Positions 1-9,098 of a stretch of DNA of 64,000 bases are shown in pieces. The stretch's first letter is position 1. Every line of letters begins with the position of its first letter. Under the pieces are notes generated by a model. It worked only from the letters and a program-made list of their open reading frames with translations, made no database searches and was not told the origin of the DNA. The stretch covers positions 162,858-226,857 of the forward strand of contig JAJTXY010000004.1 in NCBI GenBank assembly GCA_021463865.1. Direction: 5' to 3'. Source of the DNA: Anaerolineae bacterium. Its GTDB lineage: Bacteria > Chloroflexota > Anaerolineae > Aggregatilineales > J027. The position numbers and the translations under genes were made by a program.

Positions 1-1119
1 TTCCCAAACCAGCGCCAGCACACGCGGCATATTCAAGTCGTTGTTGATATGCTCCAAAAACCGCGCCTGATAGTCGGGGTCAACCGTATCGCCGGGTTCA
101 CCCCATTCATACGAGGCTTGGCGCAACCGCTGCAAAGCCGTCACCGCCGCATCAAGGCTATCCCAACTAAACGTCAATTTGGCCCGATAGTGAGCGCCGA
201 GGCAGAAAAATCGGTAGGCCAGTGGATCATAGCCCTTATCAATCAGGGTCTGAATCCGCAAAAATTCGCCGCTGGATTTCGACATTTTGCTGTCATCTAG
301 TTGCAAGAAATAGCCGTGCATCCAGAAGTTCGCCAGACGGGTATTAAAACACGCCTCTGATTGGGCGATTTCATTGGGATGATGAACCGTGATATGGTCT
401 TCCCCACCGCAGTGAATATCAAAATATTCACCTAGATACTTCGCCGCCATCGCCGTGCATTCAATATGCCACCCCGGAAAACCGACGCCCCAAGGACTGT
501 CCCATTCCATCTGGCGTTTGACATCCGGCGTGCTGAATTTCCATAGGGCAAAGTCGGTGGGGTTGCGCTTTTCACCCACGTCTACCCGTGCCCCGGCCTT
601 TTGCCCCTCAATATCCAATCGCCCAATATAGCCATAATCCGACTGTTTGGAGGTATCAAAATAGATGCCATCAGACGTGCGATAGGTATAGCCATTGGCG
701 GCAATCGTCTCAATCACCTCAATCTGCTCCTCAATATGGTCGGTGGCCCGGCACCAAATCGAAGGGTCTTCGATATTGAGATGCTTCAGGTCGCTCTGAA
801 AAGCGCGAGTATATTCGGCAGCGATGTCCCACGCGGTTTTGCCTGTGCGTCGTGAGCCTTTTTCCATCTTATCTTCGCCCGTATCGGCGTCTGAGGTCAG
901 ATGGCCTACGTCAGTAATGTTCATCACATGCCGCACTTTATAGCCGTTATATTCCAACACCCGCTTGAGAATATCCTCAAAAATATAGGTGCGGAGGTTG
1001 CCGATATGGGCATAGTCGTACACCGTCGGGCCGCATGTATACAGGCCGACTTCTGGTGGATGAAGGGGTTCAAAAGGGCGTACCGTGCGGGTATAGGTAT
1101 CAAAGAGTTGCAGTTCCAT
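1..1119 (-). CDS. cysS: cysteine--tRNA ligase, 3'-truncated by the window edge (N-terminal 373 codons present)
   Basis: Absent from the ORF track because it runs off the window. Reverse-complement translation from the ATG at 1119-1117 reads [40 protein letters not shown] (class I HIGH motif), ..[11 protein letters not shown].., ..[13 protein letters not shown] (KMSKS motif). It stays open in frame to position 1. Confidence 0.92.
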   Translation of the reverse strand, partial: MELQLFDTYTRTVRPFEPLHPPEVGLYTCGPTVYDYAHIGNLRTYIFEDILKRVLEYNGYKVRHVMNITDVGHLTSDADTGEDKMEKGSRRTGKTAWDIAAEYTRAFQSDLKHLNIEDPSIWCRATDHIEEQIEVIETIAANGYTYRTSDGIYFDTSKQSDYGYIGRLDIEGQKAGARVDVGEKRNPTDFALWKFSTPDVKRQMEWDSPWGVGFPGWHIECTAMAAKYLGEYFDIHCGGEDHITVHHPNEIAQSEACFNTRLANFWMHGYFLQLDDSKMSKSSGEFLRIQTLIDKGYDPLAYRFFCLGAHYRAKLTFSWDSLDAAVTALQRLRQASYEWGEPGDTVDPDYQARFLEHINNDLNMPRVLALVWE

Positions 1120-1186
1120 AGTTTGTAGATCGTCCTAAGCATCAAAGCCGTTGCTAAATATGCTGATTTCCCACAGCAAACTCCAT

Positions 1187-1254
1187 CTTGATTGGTCTGC
1201 TTTTACCCTAGATTCAGCACGGCGGCTTTAGCCCCGTGTGATAAGAAGCCAACC
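1187..1254. repeat. Intergenic repeat copy A (~65 nt) containing an imperfect hairpin, CACGGCGGC-TTTA-GCCCCGTG
   Basis: The 31-nt core CTAGATTCAGCACGGCGGCTTTAGCCCCGTG (1208-1238) is identical to 40453-40483. The flanks (CTTGAT..CTG..TTTT..CC upstream, TAA.A.GCCAACC downstream) also align with a few mismatches. Same orientation as copy B. Confidence 0.8.
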
Positions 1255-1450
1255 AACTTGAAAGCTGCTGTAAATACACCAACTCAAAGCCATATGTTGA
1301 AGGTTCTAACCTATCGCTGTTTACTTCCATGTTACCTTAGCGCAGGCCAATCGTCTATCGGGCAATCCTCCCAACGAAACCACTACCTTCCTTTGACGCC
1401 ATCATGATTTGGGTTGACCCAAGCGCCTGCCTACGTCATAATCTGCCATT

Positions 1451-3883
1451 ATGCGAGTGAAAACACCTTCCCCCTACCCACTGATATTGATCGCCCTTGC
1501 AGCGGCACTGGGATGCAGCCTAACCGGGACACCCGAACCGATTATTGTCACCGCCACCCCGGAAGGCACAGGTGGCCCAATTTACATCACCGCCACACCC
1601 AATTTTACGCCGACCCCCGAACCTGTTGCTTTGCCCACCCTACCGCCCGAAGACGCCATTACCGCCGCCGAAAGCGCCCTGTTTAATGGCAATTATGAGG
1701 AAGCGGTCAAGCAGTACCAAACGGTGGTCAATCAGGAATTTGTCGCCAGTGACCTCCGCGCCTCGGCCTATTATGGGTTAGGACAGGCCAATCTGCGGGA
1801 AGGCTATTTCGACCAAGCCTTTATCGCCTTTAGTGAATTTATTCAACAGTTCCCCGACGACCCCCGTATCGCCCAAGCCTATTTTCAACGTGGGGACGCC
1901 AATTTGGGCATCGGCAGTTGGGAAGCCGCCATTACCGATTTTCAAAAATACTTGTCCCTGCGCCCCGGCCTAATAGATAGCTACGCCTATGAGCGTATCG
2001 GGGACGCCTATCTTGCATTGAATCTGCCGACCCAAGCCTTTGAAAATTACCTTGCCGCCGCCGACGCCACTCGCACCCTTGTACCCCTTTTGGTTTTGCG
2101 TGAGCGCATCGCTGCGACATATGTGAATCAAGGCTTATTGACCGAGGCTATTGCCCAATATGACGAAATTTTGCAGATCGCCCAAAATGGTGGGTATCGC
2201 GCCAGCATTGAATCACAGGCCGCTGCGTTGGAGTTACAGGCAGGCAATATAGTGGCCGCTTACACTCGGTTACAGCGCATTTTTAACGACTATCCCTCGA
2301 CCATCTACGGCTATCAAGCTATGCAGACCCTTTTGGCAGCAGGTTATGAAATTGACCCGCTTGAACGTGCGCAGATCAGTTTTGCCGCTGAAGATTATGG
2401 GGATGTGATTACCGTCCTCAATGATTACAGTACGACGGTTTACACCATGCCCACCGATGCCCTGTTATTGTTGGGGCAGGCCTATCGGGGTTTGGGTAAT
2501 TTCGATGCTGCCTTTACGACCCTGCAAACCATTACCACCAATTACCCTACCGACCCACTATTTGGTGTGGCGTGGTTGGAACAAGGCCGCACGCTGTTTT
2601 TGCAGGGCAATTTTATCGGCGCGGCGTCGCATTACAGTCAATTGCCCACCGTCAGCCCTGCCAGCCCACAAGCCCCCGAAGCCCTATGGCGATCTGGCTA
2701 TATCTATGCCACTCAATTGAATGACAATCAGCGTGCCCTGCAAATGTTTGACCAATTGGGCAAAACCTATCCCGGTAACGAGTGGGCACAGGACGGCCTT
2801 TTAATTGCTGCCTCACTAGCCTTAAACTTAGGCCAGACCCAACAGGCCCAAGCCCTCTACACCCAGTTAGCCAATACAGGCACGGGTGAAAACAAAGCAT
2901 TGGCCTTTCTGTGGTTGGGGCGACTCTACCGCGATCAGGGTCAAGCCGACCTCGCCGAGCAATCATTTTTGGGCGCATCCCAAGCCGACTCCGGTGGTTA
3001 TTACAGCCTGCGTGCCCAAGATATTCTGGCGGGCCAAGAACCATTTACCCCACCCGCCAGCTATCAATTTGAATTTGATGAGGCGCAGGAAATCGCCAAA
3101 GCTGAAGATTGGATGCGAACGACGTTTGGCATTCAGCAAGAAGGAGCGCTCTACCCCCTTAGCCAAGCGCTGGAAACCGACCCGCATATGATCCGGGGGC
3201 GCGAATTGTGGGCACTCGCCGCCTTTGATGATGCCCGTGCCGAATTTGACACCCTGCGTGAAAGCTACGAAGCCGACCCACTGGCGACCTATCAATTGGC
3301 CCATTACTTTGCGGAAATCGGCCTCTATCGCTCCTCGATTGAAGCTGCCGCCATTTTGTTGATTAACGCCGGGGTGGATACTTTAGACGCCCCCGGTTAT
3401 ATCGCCCGTCTGCGCTACCCCATCCACTATGCCGATTTGGTGCTGCCTGCCACCGAAAAATATAATCTTGACCCCCTGCTGGTATTCAGTCTGATTCGCC
3501 AAGAGAGCCTGTTCCAAAGTTTTGCCACCAGCACAGCCGCCGCACAGGGTCTCATGCAGATTATTCCCGACACTGGCGCTGACATCGCTGCCCAACTCAA
3601 CTGGCCCAATTACACCAACAGCGATGTCTATCGGCCCTATGTCAATGTCGAGTTTGGTACCTACTATTTGGATTGGACGCTCGGCTTGGTAGATAATGTG
3701 CCTTACGCGGCGCTGGCAGGCTATAACGGCGGCCCCGGCAATGCCCAAGAGTGGCTGTCCATCGCTGGCCCGGATTTGGACAAATTTGTGCAGACCATCA
3801 CCTTTGACGAGACGCGCACCTATGTGACGCGCATCTATGAACAATACGACACCTACCGTGCCCTCTATGGCATCAACAACTAG
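1451..3883 (+). CDS. TPR-repeat protein with a C-terminal lytic murein transglycosylase (SLT) domain; signal peptide with a possible lipobox
   Basis: N-terminus has a hydrophobic signal ending ..AAALGCSLTG and a Pro/Thr linker, followed by long TPR-like repeats. C-terminus has LVFSLIRQESLFQSFATSTAAAQGLMQIIPDTG (catalytic Glu-Ser of the SLT family) and ..AGYNGGPGN.. Confidence 0.85.
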   Translation: MRVKTPSPYPLILIALAAALGCSLTGTPEPIIVTATPEGTGGPIYITATPNFTPTPEPVALPTLPPEDAITAAESALFNGNYEEAVKQYQTVVNQEFVASDLRASAYYGLGQANLREGYFDQAFIAFSEFIQQFPDDPRIAQAYFQRGDANLGIGSWEAAITDFQKYLSLRPGLIDSYAYERIGDAYLALNLPTQAFENYLAAADATRTLVPLLVLRERIAATYVNQGLLTEAIAQYDEILQIAQNGGYRASIESQAAALELQAGNIVAAYTRLQRIFNDYPSTIYGYQAMQTLLAAGYEIDPLERAQISFAAEDYGDVITVLNDYSTTVYTMPTDALLLLGQAYRGLGNFDAAFTTLQTITTNYPTDPLFGVAWLEQGRTLFLQGNFIGAASHYSQLPTVSPASPQAPEALWRSGYIYATQLNDNQRALQMFDQLGKTYPGNEWAQDGLLIAASLALNLGQTQQAQALYTQLANTGTGENKALAFLWLGRLYRDQGQADLAEQSFLGASQADSGGYYSLRAQDILAGQEPFTPPASYQFEFDEAQEIAKAEDWMRTTFGIQQEGALYPLSQALETDPHMIRGRELWALAAFDDARAEFDTLRESYEADPLATYQLAHYFAEIGLYRSSIEAAAILLINAGVDTLDAPGYIARLRYPIHYADLVLPATEKYNLDPLLVFSLIRQESLFQSFATSTAAAQGLMQIIPDTGADIAAQLNWPNYTNSDVYRPYVNVEFGTYYLDWTLGLVDNVPYAALAGYNGGPGNAQEWLSIAGPDLDKFVQTITFDETRTYVTRIYEQYDTYRALYGINN

Positions 3884-5867
3884 ACGGCTCACCCACCTCC
3901 TGTTGGAATCCATCGCCCCGCTGCTGATTATGGTAGTGGGGTTTCTGCTGTATCGCCCTGCCCTTGATTTAATGCTGTTCTGGGATGACATCCCACATAT
4001 GCTCTGGCTGGATACCCATCTGGGTGGGGAGTATTGGCTCAGTTCCAGTGGCTTTCCGTTCTATCGCCCCGCCGCCTTTACCGCGTGGGAAATTTTGGGG
4101 CATGATGCCGCTGCCCTACACACCCTTTCCGTTGGGCTGCATCTCATCAACGCCGTTTTAGTGTCTGCACTTGCCCATCGTCTCAGCCATTCGCACCAAG
4201 CTGGATTTTTTGCCGGATTGCTGTTTGTCACTTTCCCCTTTAGCTATCAAACGGTCATCCCCACCCCGGCCCAATTTCACCTCTGGCTGACATTCGGCTT
4301 TTTGGCCTCGGCCTATTTGATTTTGGTGTGGCTCGATCATCCACAGCATTGGAAACTCATCTTGGCATGGGTCGTGGCGTTTTGGGCTATCTTCAGCCAC
4401 GAAAACGGCATGATCGCCCCGCTGTTAATTGGTCTCATTATCTTGACCGCCCATCCCAATCAACTGCCCTTGCGCCGCGCCGATTTTGAATTGACCCGCC
4501 TGCGCCAAAATCGCCTCATCGTCGCACTTGCCCCGATTGCTTTTTTTGCCCTGCTCTACGGCCTTATCTGGCAAATTATTCCACTCGATAACGACTCGAC
4601 TAGTCTCAAGACCGCCGCGCTGGATGTCAAAATCGGACAGACGTTACAGGCCATTGGTTTTCCGCTGGCTGCCCAATTCCGTATGTTTCTTGACCCCCAA
4701 AGCGGTACGGCATTAGCATGGGTCAGCGGATGCGTGGCTCTTCTGATTTTCGGCCTGTGGTTTTACATGCAGCATCGTTGGCCCATCCATAACGACGAGG
4801 GTGACACCCCACCCCGCGCGTCATTTGAACCGACTCGTCTTGCCCGTCTTGGCCTCGTCTGGATTCCGCTGGCGATGCTCCCGGCATGGTTGTTTTTGGA
4901 TGTCAATTACCTATTGAGCAACCCGCGTTTGCATTATCTGGCATCGGTGGGAGTTGCATGGGCATGGGCTGGATTATTGACCGCCCCCCTACCGCGCATC
5001 GCCCCCCGTCTGCTGCAACCCATTGTTGGCGTAACGGGCCTCATCATCGCATTAATGGTCGCCCTGCCCTTTATTCAAAGCCGCCTCGATGAACACCACC
5101 TACTGAACGACTACTATCAGGAAATCGCCGATACCGCCGCCGTCGAAAATCAATCGCTGTTGGTGGTCAACCCACCCGCCTATCTTGCTCCGCGCAAGCC
5201 AACCTTTTTATTAGGGGCAGAAGGCAGTGTTTATCTACCAGACTTTGTGAACCTGACCGATTTTTTGCGTCTTAATGACAACGATTTTCCAGCCAGCGCC
5301 ATCACAAATGTCGCCCGTGCCGATGATATTATCCCCGCCACCACACGGATTTATCAGGTTGAAGCCGCTGGCTTGGATCGGGCCACCCTATCCACCTATG
5401 ACCGGGTACTGGTTAGTCGGCAAATCGGCGGGGATATATTCGCCCCTCTCGCTGGCATCCACTTGGAGAATGCGCCGATTTCAGCCAACCCTGCCGCTGA
5501 TTTTGGCAACGGCATCATTTTGGAATCACTGCAAATTGGGTCAGATGAAACATTGAGTGAGATCACGGAAAAGAACATCTTGCGTTTGGAACTGGTCTGG
5601 CAGGTGCAATCTCCCCCCACCGAACCGCTGGAGATTTTTGTACATCTGATGTGTGATGAGCGCCTTGCCACCGATGCTGATGGCCCACCCGTAGGCCGTC
5701 TCTATCCATTGGAAATGTGGCAATCTGGGGAACGCTGGCAGGATTTCCGTTATTTCATCATCCCCGATGGCCTTTACCCACCCGAATGTTTATCGGTCTT
5801 GGTCGGTCTATATAATCCAGTTACGGGGGATAGGCTACCTACGACGGCAAGCATTTCAGTTGAATGA
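3837..5867 (+). CDS. Polytopic membrane glycosyltransferase, ArnT/PMT (GT39/GT83)-like, with a C-terminal soluble domain
   Basis: Many hydrophobic helices. The N-terminal loop reads ..LFWDDIPHMLWLD..FYRPAAF... The C-terminal segment LELVWQV..LEIFVHLMCDE..ATDADGPPV..YPLEMWQSGERWQD..VGLYNPVTGDRLP is typical of PMT_2-type GTs. The start is ambiguous: ATG 3837 or ATG 3867 (MASTTRRL). Either overlaps the upstream stop at 3883. Confidence 0.6.
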   Translation: MNNTTPTVPSMASTTRRLTHLLLESIAPLLIMVVGFLLYRPALDLMLFWDDIPHMLWLDTHLGGEYWLSSSGFPFYRPAAFTAWEILGHDAAALHTLSVGLHLINAVLVSALAHRLSHSHQAGFFAGLLFVTFPFSYQTVIPTPAQFHLWLTFGFLASAYLILVWLDHPQHWKLILAWVVAFWAIFSHENGMIAPLLIGLIILTAHPNQLPLRRADFELTRLRQNRLIVALAPIAFFALLYGLIWQIIPLDNDSTSLKTAALDVKIGQTLQAIGFPLAAQFRMFLDPQSGTALAWVSGCVALLIFGLWFYMQHRWPIHNDEGDTPPRASFEPTRLARLGLVWIPLAMLPAWLFLDVNYLLSNPRLHYLASVGVAWAWAGLLTAPLPRIAPRLLQPIVGVTGLIIALMVALPFIQSRLDEHHLLNDYYQEIADTAAVENQSLLVVNPPAYLAPRKPTFLLGAEGSVYLPDFVNLTDFLRLNDNDFPASAITNVARADDIIPATTRIYQVEAAGLDRATLSTYDRVLVSRQIGGDIFAPLAGIHLENAPISANPAADFGNGIILESLQIGSDETLSEITEKNILRLELVWQVQSPPTEPLEIFVHLMCDERLATDADGPPVGRLYPLEMWQSGERWQDFRYFIIPDGLYPPECLSVLVGLYNPVTGDRLPTTASISVE

Positions 5868-5926
5868 TCTTACCTGTCCTCATTTCGAGGACATTGTGTT
5901 GGTAGCTGGGGAATTTTATTCCTCGG

Positions 5927-6976
5927 CTAAAACCCGCGTAACAGCGCCCTCGGCCCGCGATATAGGGGACAGACACACCGCGCACATTCGGCCCGTTCGC
6001 CATTCCGATAAGCCGTCCGCAGTGCTATTGCCGCCGGGTCATTAAGGGCATCTTCTAGTTCAACCCCATCGCCATTCAGCTTGCCCCACAATGGCAAAAA
6101 ATAGCAGGGTTGCAAGCGTCCATCCCAATTGACCACCGCCGAAATATGCGGGGCATTGCAGCGCGGCCCTTCAAATTCACCTAACCCCAACGGTTCGGCA
6201 AAATAATCATACAGGCGGCGCAGCTTGGCAGGACTTTCGGCAATGCGACCATCGGCAAAATGGGCAGCATGGGTGCGCTCTAAATCGTCCAATATCGCCG
6301 CAAATTCAGGCAAATCCTCCGCCATCAATCCACTAAATTCATTGACGGGCATATTCAGCGGGATGACATCCTCAAAACGTGGCCCAAACGCATAGGGGTT
6401 GACCGTATCCACCGCCAAAAAGCTGACCTGTTGCGCCCCGGCTCCCAGCGAAGTATCCACAATCTGAGGCATCTGACGAAAATTGGCCCGCATCAAGGTG
6501 GTGCGGGTACTGACGGGGATACCTGCCCTGCTCACGATTTGCATCCCTTCCAAGATGAGATTCAGCCCATCCACCCCGCGTATTTTTTCATACAGGTCGG
6601 GGGTCGCCGCGTCCAAACTGACTGTCAGCATGTCCACATATGCGATGACCTCCTCGGCTTGTTTCCGCAGCAAAAGGCCGTTCGTCAGCAGCCAAATTTT
6701 CGACCCCGCCGCTCGAAATTGTTGGGCAATCGCGGGCCATTCGGGATGCTGCATGGCTTCCCCGCCCGACAGCAAAATCAACTGTGTGCCTAATTTTTGG
6801 CTAGATGTTGCCAATCGTTCAACCAATCCCATGTCCATGTTGCGGCGCGGCGCTTTCCAAATATCACACATGGCGCATTTGCTGTTGCACCCGTCCGTCA
6901 AATACAGCACCAACAGCGGCAGGGTACGCAGGTGGTCGGATAGCAAATTGGGCAGGCTACGGAGGTTTTTCATCAT
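5927..6976 (-). CDS. Radical SAM enzyme with a C-terminal SPASM/twitch-like Cys cluster
   Basis: CxxxCxxC motif in LYLTDGCNSKCAMCDIW and a GGE motif (LLSGGEAM). C-terminal cysteines occur in ..GPRCNAPH..LQPCYF.. and ..ECARCVCPLY... Confidence 0.85.
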   Translation of the reverse strand: MMKNLRSLPNLLSDHLRTLPLLVLYLTDGCNSKCAMCDIWKAPRRNMDMGLVERLATSSQKLGTQLILLSGGEAMQHPEWPAIAQQFRAAGSKIWLLTNGLLLRKQAEEVIAYVDMLTVSLDAATPDLYEKIRGVDGLNLILEGMQIVSRAGIPVSTRTTLMRANFRQMPQIVDTSLGAGAQQVSFLAVDTVNPYAFGPRFEDVIPLNMPVNEFSGLMAEDLPEFAAILDDLERTHAAHFADGRIAESPAKLRRLYDYFAEPLGLGEFEGPRCNAPHISAVVNWDGRLQPCYFLPLWGKLNGDGVELEDALNDPAAIALRTAYRNGERAECARCVCPLYRGPRALLRGF

Positions 6977-7131
6977 GGCGTCTACGATTTCTCAGGTTGC
7001 GGCAAACAATTCAACTCCAAAGTATACTTGCCTCCAATGTGATTAGCGACAAATTTTCATTCAACCTAGTTTCAGCGCGGCGGATTTATCCCCGCGATTT
7101 TATATTGAGTAATCATCGTAAATCATTCTCA

Positions 7132-8601
7132 ATGAACCCATCATCCACAACCCCTCTCTGGCAGCGCTGGACGCAATATCTGACCTATGCCATGCACAGC
7201 CTGATTTTGTTTATCTTTTTTAGCGCGACATGGTGGTGGCGTCCACGTTGGGCCTACGCCGAATGGGTACCCGACTTTTTCCGCGAAAGATTGAGTTACC
7301 CCTCCAATACCCAAGAATATTTGTCGGTCTACTACATCCGCTTTACGCTGGTGTATCTGGTCGTGATCTTGGCCTGTCTGTGGGTTTTAACCATGTTTAA
7401 GGGCCTGCGCGAACTGGTCTTGGATGGGCGCATTTGGTGGGCGGCGGGGTTGGTCATGCTCTCCTTTTACATTCGCCTGTCGGTTGGGTGGGCCGACCAA
7501 AAAGGCATTGCCAATTCGCAGGCGATTCAATGGATGCTGGTGACAATCTTTGCCCTGATTGTGACGTGTAATGGCCCACAGCCGCGTTGGGTAGCGACGG
7601 CACTGGTCGGGGGGACAATCTTCCACGCCGTCATCGCCATTACCCAATCAGCTTTGCAGCATGAAGTCAATCTGGCATGGCTCGATCAGCACTGGCTCAA
7701 AATCGGTCTCGATCTAGTGGAATATCGCCGCAGCCCCGATGCCTCCGGTGTGCCTGTAGTGCAAGCCGATGGTGTGCGCTTCCTCCGTGCCTATGGCCTG
7801 ACCTCCCACCCCAATCCACTCGCCGGAGGATTGGCGGTTGGCATCATTGCAGGCCTCTGGATGTGGCTCAAACCCGAAACCCGTTGCACCGCCGCATGGG
7901 TCACAACGATTGGTGTTTGGGGACTGCTGCTGACCTTCAGCCGTTCAGGGATAGGCAGTCTCGCCGTTGGCCTCATCGCCACTGTCGGCCTATTTTTCGT
8001 CAATCGCAACTTAAAAGGCGATGGTTGGCGGGGTATCGTGGCACTGGCGATTATGCTGGCCCTTGTGGGTGGGGTGTTTTATATCGGCTACCGTCCGCTG
8101 ATTGAATCTCGTTCAGGCAACGGCGAAGAAGGCTTGCCTTCCGTCGAGGACATCAGTATTGCCGCCCGTGAAATATTGACCGAGCAGGCGCGTGAGATTT
8201 TCCGTGACCATCGTTGGACAGGCATTGGCATTGGCAATTTCCCGTGGGCAAGCCAAACAATGATTGACCAAGACCCACGCAATTTGGACATGCAGGGCAC
8301 AAATGTCCATAATATCTATTATTTGACCCTCGCCGAATTGGGAATTGTGGGGGCAGCCCTCACCAGTTGGGTTTTCATCTTTGCAGCGGGTTTGCTCTGG
8401 ATTCAATGGCGCGAAGGCAAACTCAGCCCCGAAGCCGCCTGTTTATGGGGAGCAGTTGGCGCATGGCTGGCGGTTGGGTGGTATGATTATTATCATTGGG
8501 TCATCTTTACCCATCAAATTATTTTTTGGGGCGTCATGGCTGCGGCGCTCACCCCTAGTAACCGTAGGTCGGGAGACACAGAAGCTGATGAAACCGATTG
8601 A
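7132..8601 (+). CDS. O-antigen ligase / polymerase family (Wzy_C-like) membrane protein
   Basis: About 10 or more hydrophobic helices. It has ..LLLTFSRSGIGSLAVG.. and the periplasmic-loop motif ..GTNVHNIYYLTLAELGIVGAAL... Start set at ATG 7132 (MNPSSTT). The 6805 start in the ORF track would overlap the rSAM gene on the opposite strand. Confidence 0.7.
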   Translation: MNPSSTTPLWQRWTQYLTYAMHSLILFIFFSATWWWRPRWAYAEWVPDFFRERLSYPSNTQEYLSVYYIRFTLVYLVVILACLWVLTMFKGLRELVLDGRIWWAAGLVMLSFYIRLSVGWADQKGIANSQAIQWMLVTIFALIVTCNGPQPRWVATALVGGTIFHAVIAITQSALQHEVNLAWLDQHWLKIGLDLVEYRRSPDASGVPVVQADGVRFLRAYGLTSHPNPLAGGLAVGIIAGLWMWLKPETRCTAAWVTTIGVWGLLLTFSRSGIGSLAVGLIATVGLFFVNRNLKGDGWRGIVALAIMLALVGGVFYIGYRPLIESRSGNGEEGLPSVEDISIAAREILTEQAREIFRDHRWTGIGIGNFPWASQTMIDQDPRNLDMQGTNVHNIYYLTLAELGIVGAALTSWVFIFAAGLLWIQWREGKLSPEAACLWGAVGAWLAVGWYDYYHWVIFTHQIIFWGVMAAALTPSNRRSGDTEADETD

Positions 8602-9004
8602 ACTCAACGACCAGTGGCGTTTTATGCGACAGGATGTGCCCGGCAGTGCCGATTACAGCCAAGTATCGGTGCATGACCATCTGTGGCCCACTTTGAGCAT
8701 TCTTAAAGGCGAGGCCCTCAAAGAATTGGTCAGCGACGAGGGCTGTGTCTGGTTGCGACAAACCTTCGAGATGCCCGCCAATGACGAATGCAGTACATGG
8801 TGGTTGGAGTTTGCCGAACCATTGCAAGGCAAGGCGTGGGTCAATGGTAAGCCGCTGGGAGGCGATAATAAACAGCGTTTTAATGTTACCGCCGACGTTT
8901 CAATGGGCAGCAATCTGGTCGTGTTGTGTCTCGACTGTCCGCTCTATCCCGATGATGACCATACATGGCGTAAAGCGTCGTGCGTGCCGTATCCGTGTGA
9001 ATGA
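8588..9004 (+). CDS. Small protein resembling only the N-terminal sugar-binding jelly-roll domain of glycoside hydrolase family 2
   Basis: It shows LNDQWRF.., ..GCVWLRQTFEMP..WWLEF..LQGKAWVNGKPLGG..FNVTADVSMGSNLVVLCL. This follows the GH2_N pattern (W.F, G.vWYr..F, l.F.gv...a.VwvNG..vG, f..DvT..l..G.N.l.v). Start ATG 8588 overlaps the upstream stop by 14 nt. Confidence 0.5.
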   Translation: MKPIELNDQWRFMRQDVPGSADYSQVSVHDHLWPTLSILKGEALKELVSDEGCVWLRQTFEMPANDECSTWWLEFAEPLQGKAWVNGKPLGGDNKQRFNVTADVSMGSNLVVLCLDCPLYPDDDHTWRKASCVPYPCE

Positions 9005-9098
9005 CCGCGAATTACCACCTCTTGGCTGACAGCCGCATCGCCCTTTACACGATGGGGTATAATTCCTCTCCGAATTCGGTGGAAAAGGAATTATTGGG

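Noticed and set aside
1120-1450. Possible T-box leader upstream of cysS.
   Set aside because: Reading the minus-sense leader, I found no T-box consensus (AANNNGGGTGGNACCGCG). The only strong hairpin there belongs to the repeat that is also found upstream of an unrelated gene.
3383-3991. 202-aa minus-strand ORF spanning the junction between the SLT gene and the glycosyltransferase gene.
   Set aside because: It is antisense to two supported plus-strand genes, with no motifs or RBS. It is a shadow ORF.
6805-7131. N-terminal 109-codon extension of the O-antigen-ligase-like ORF as given in the ORF track.
   Set aside because: The extension overlaps the well-supported radical SAM gene on the other strand and is Cys/Arg-rich nonsense. 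The hydrophobic protein begins sensibly at ATG 7132.
8345-8587. Upstream extension of the GH2-like ORF (219-aa version).
   Set aside because: It lies entirely inside the O-antigen-ligase-like gene in another frame. The domain similarity starts only at MKPIELNDQW (ATG 8588).
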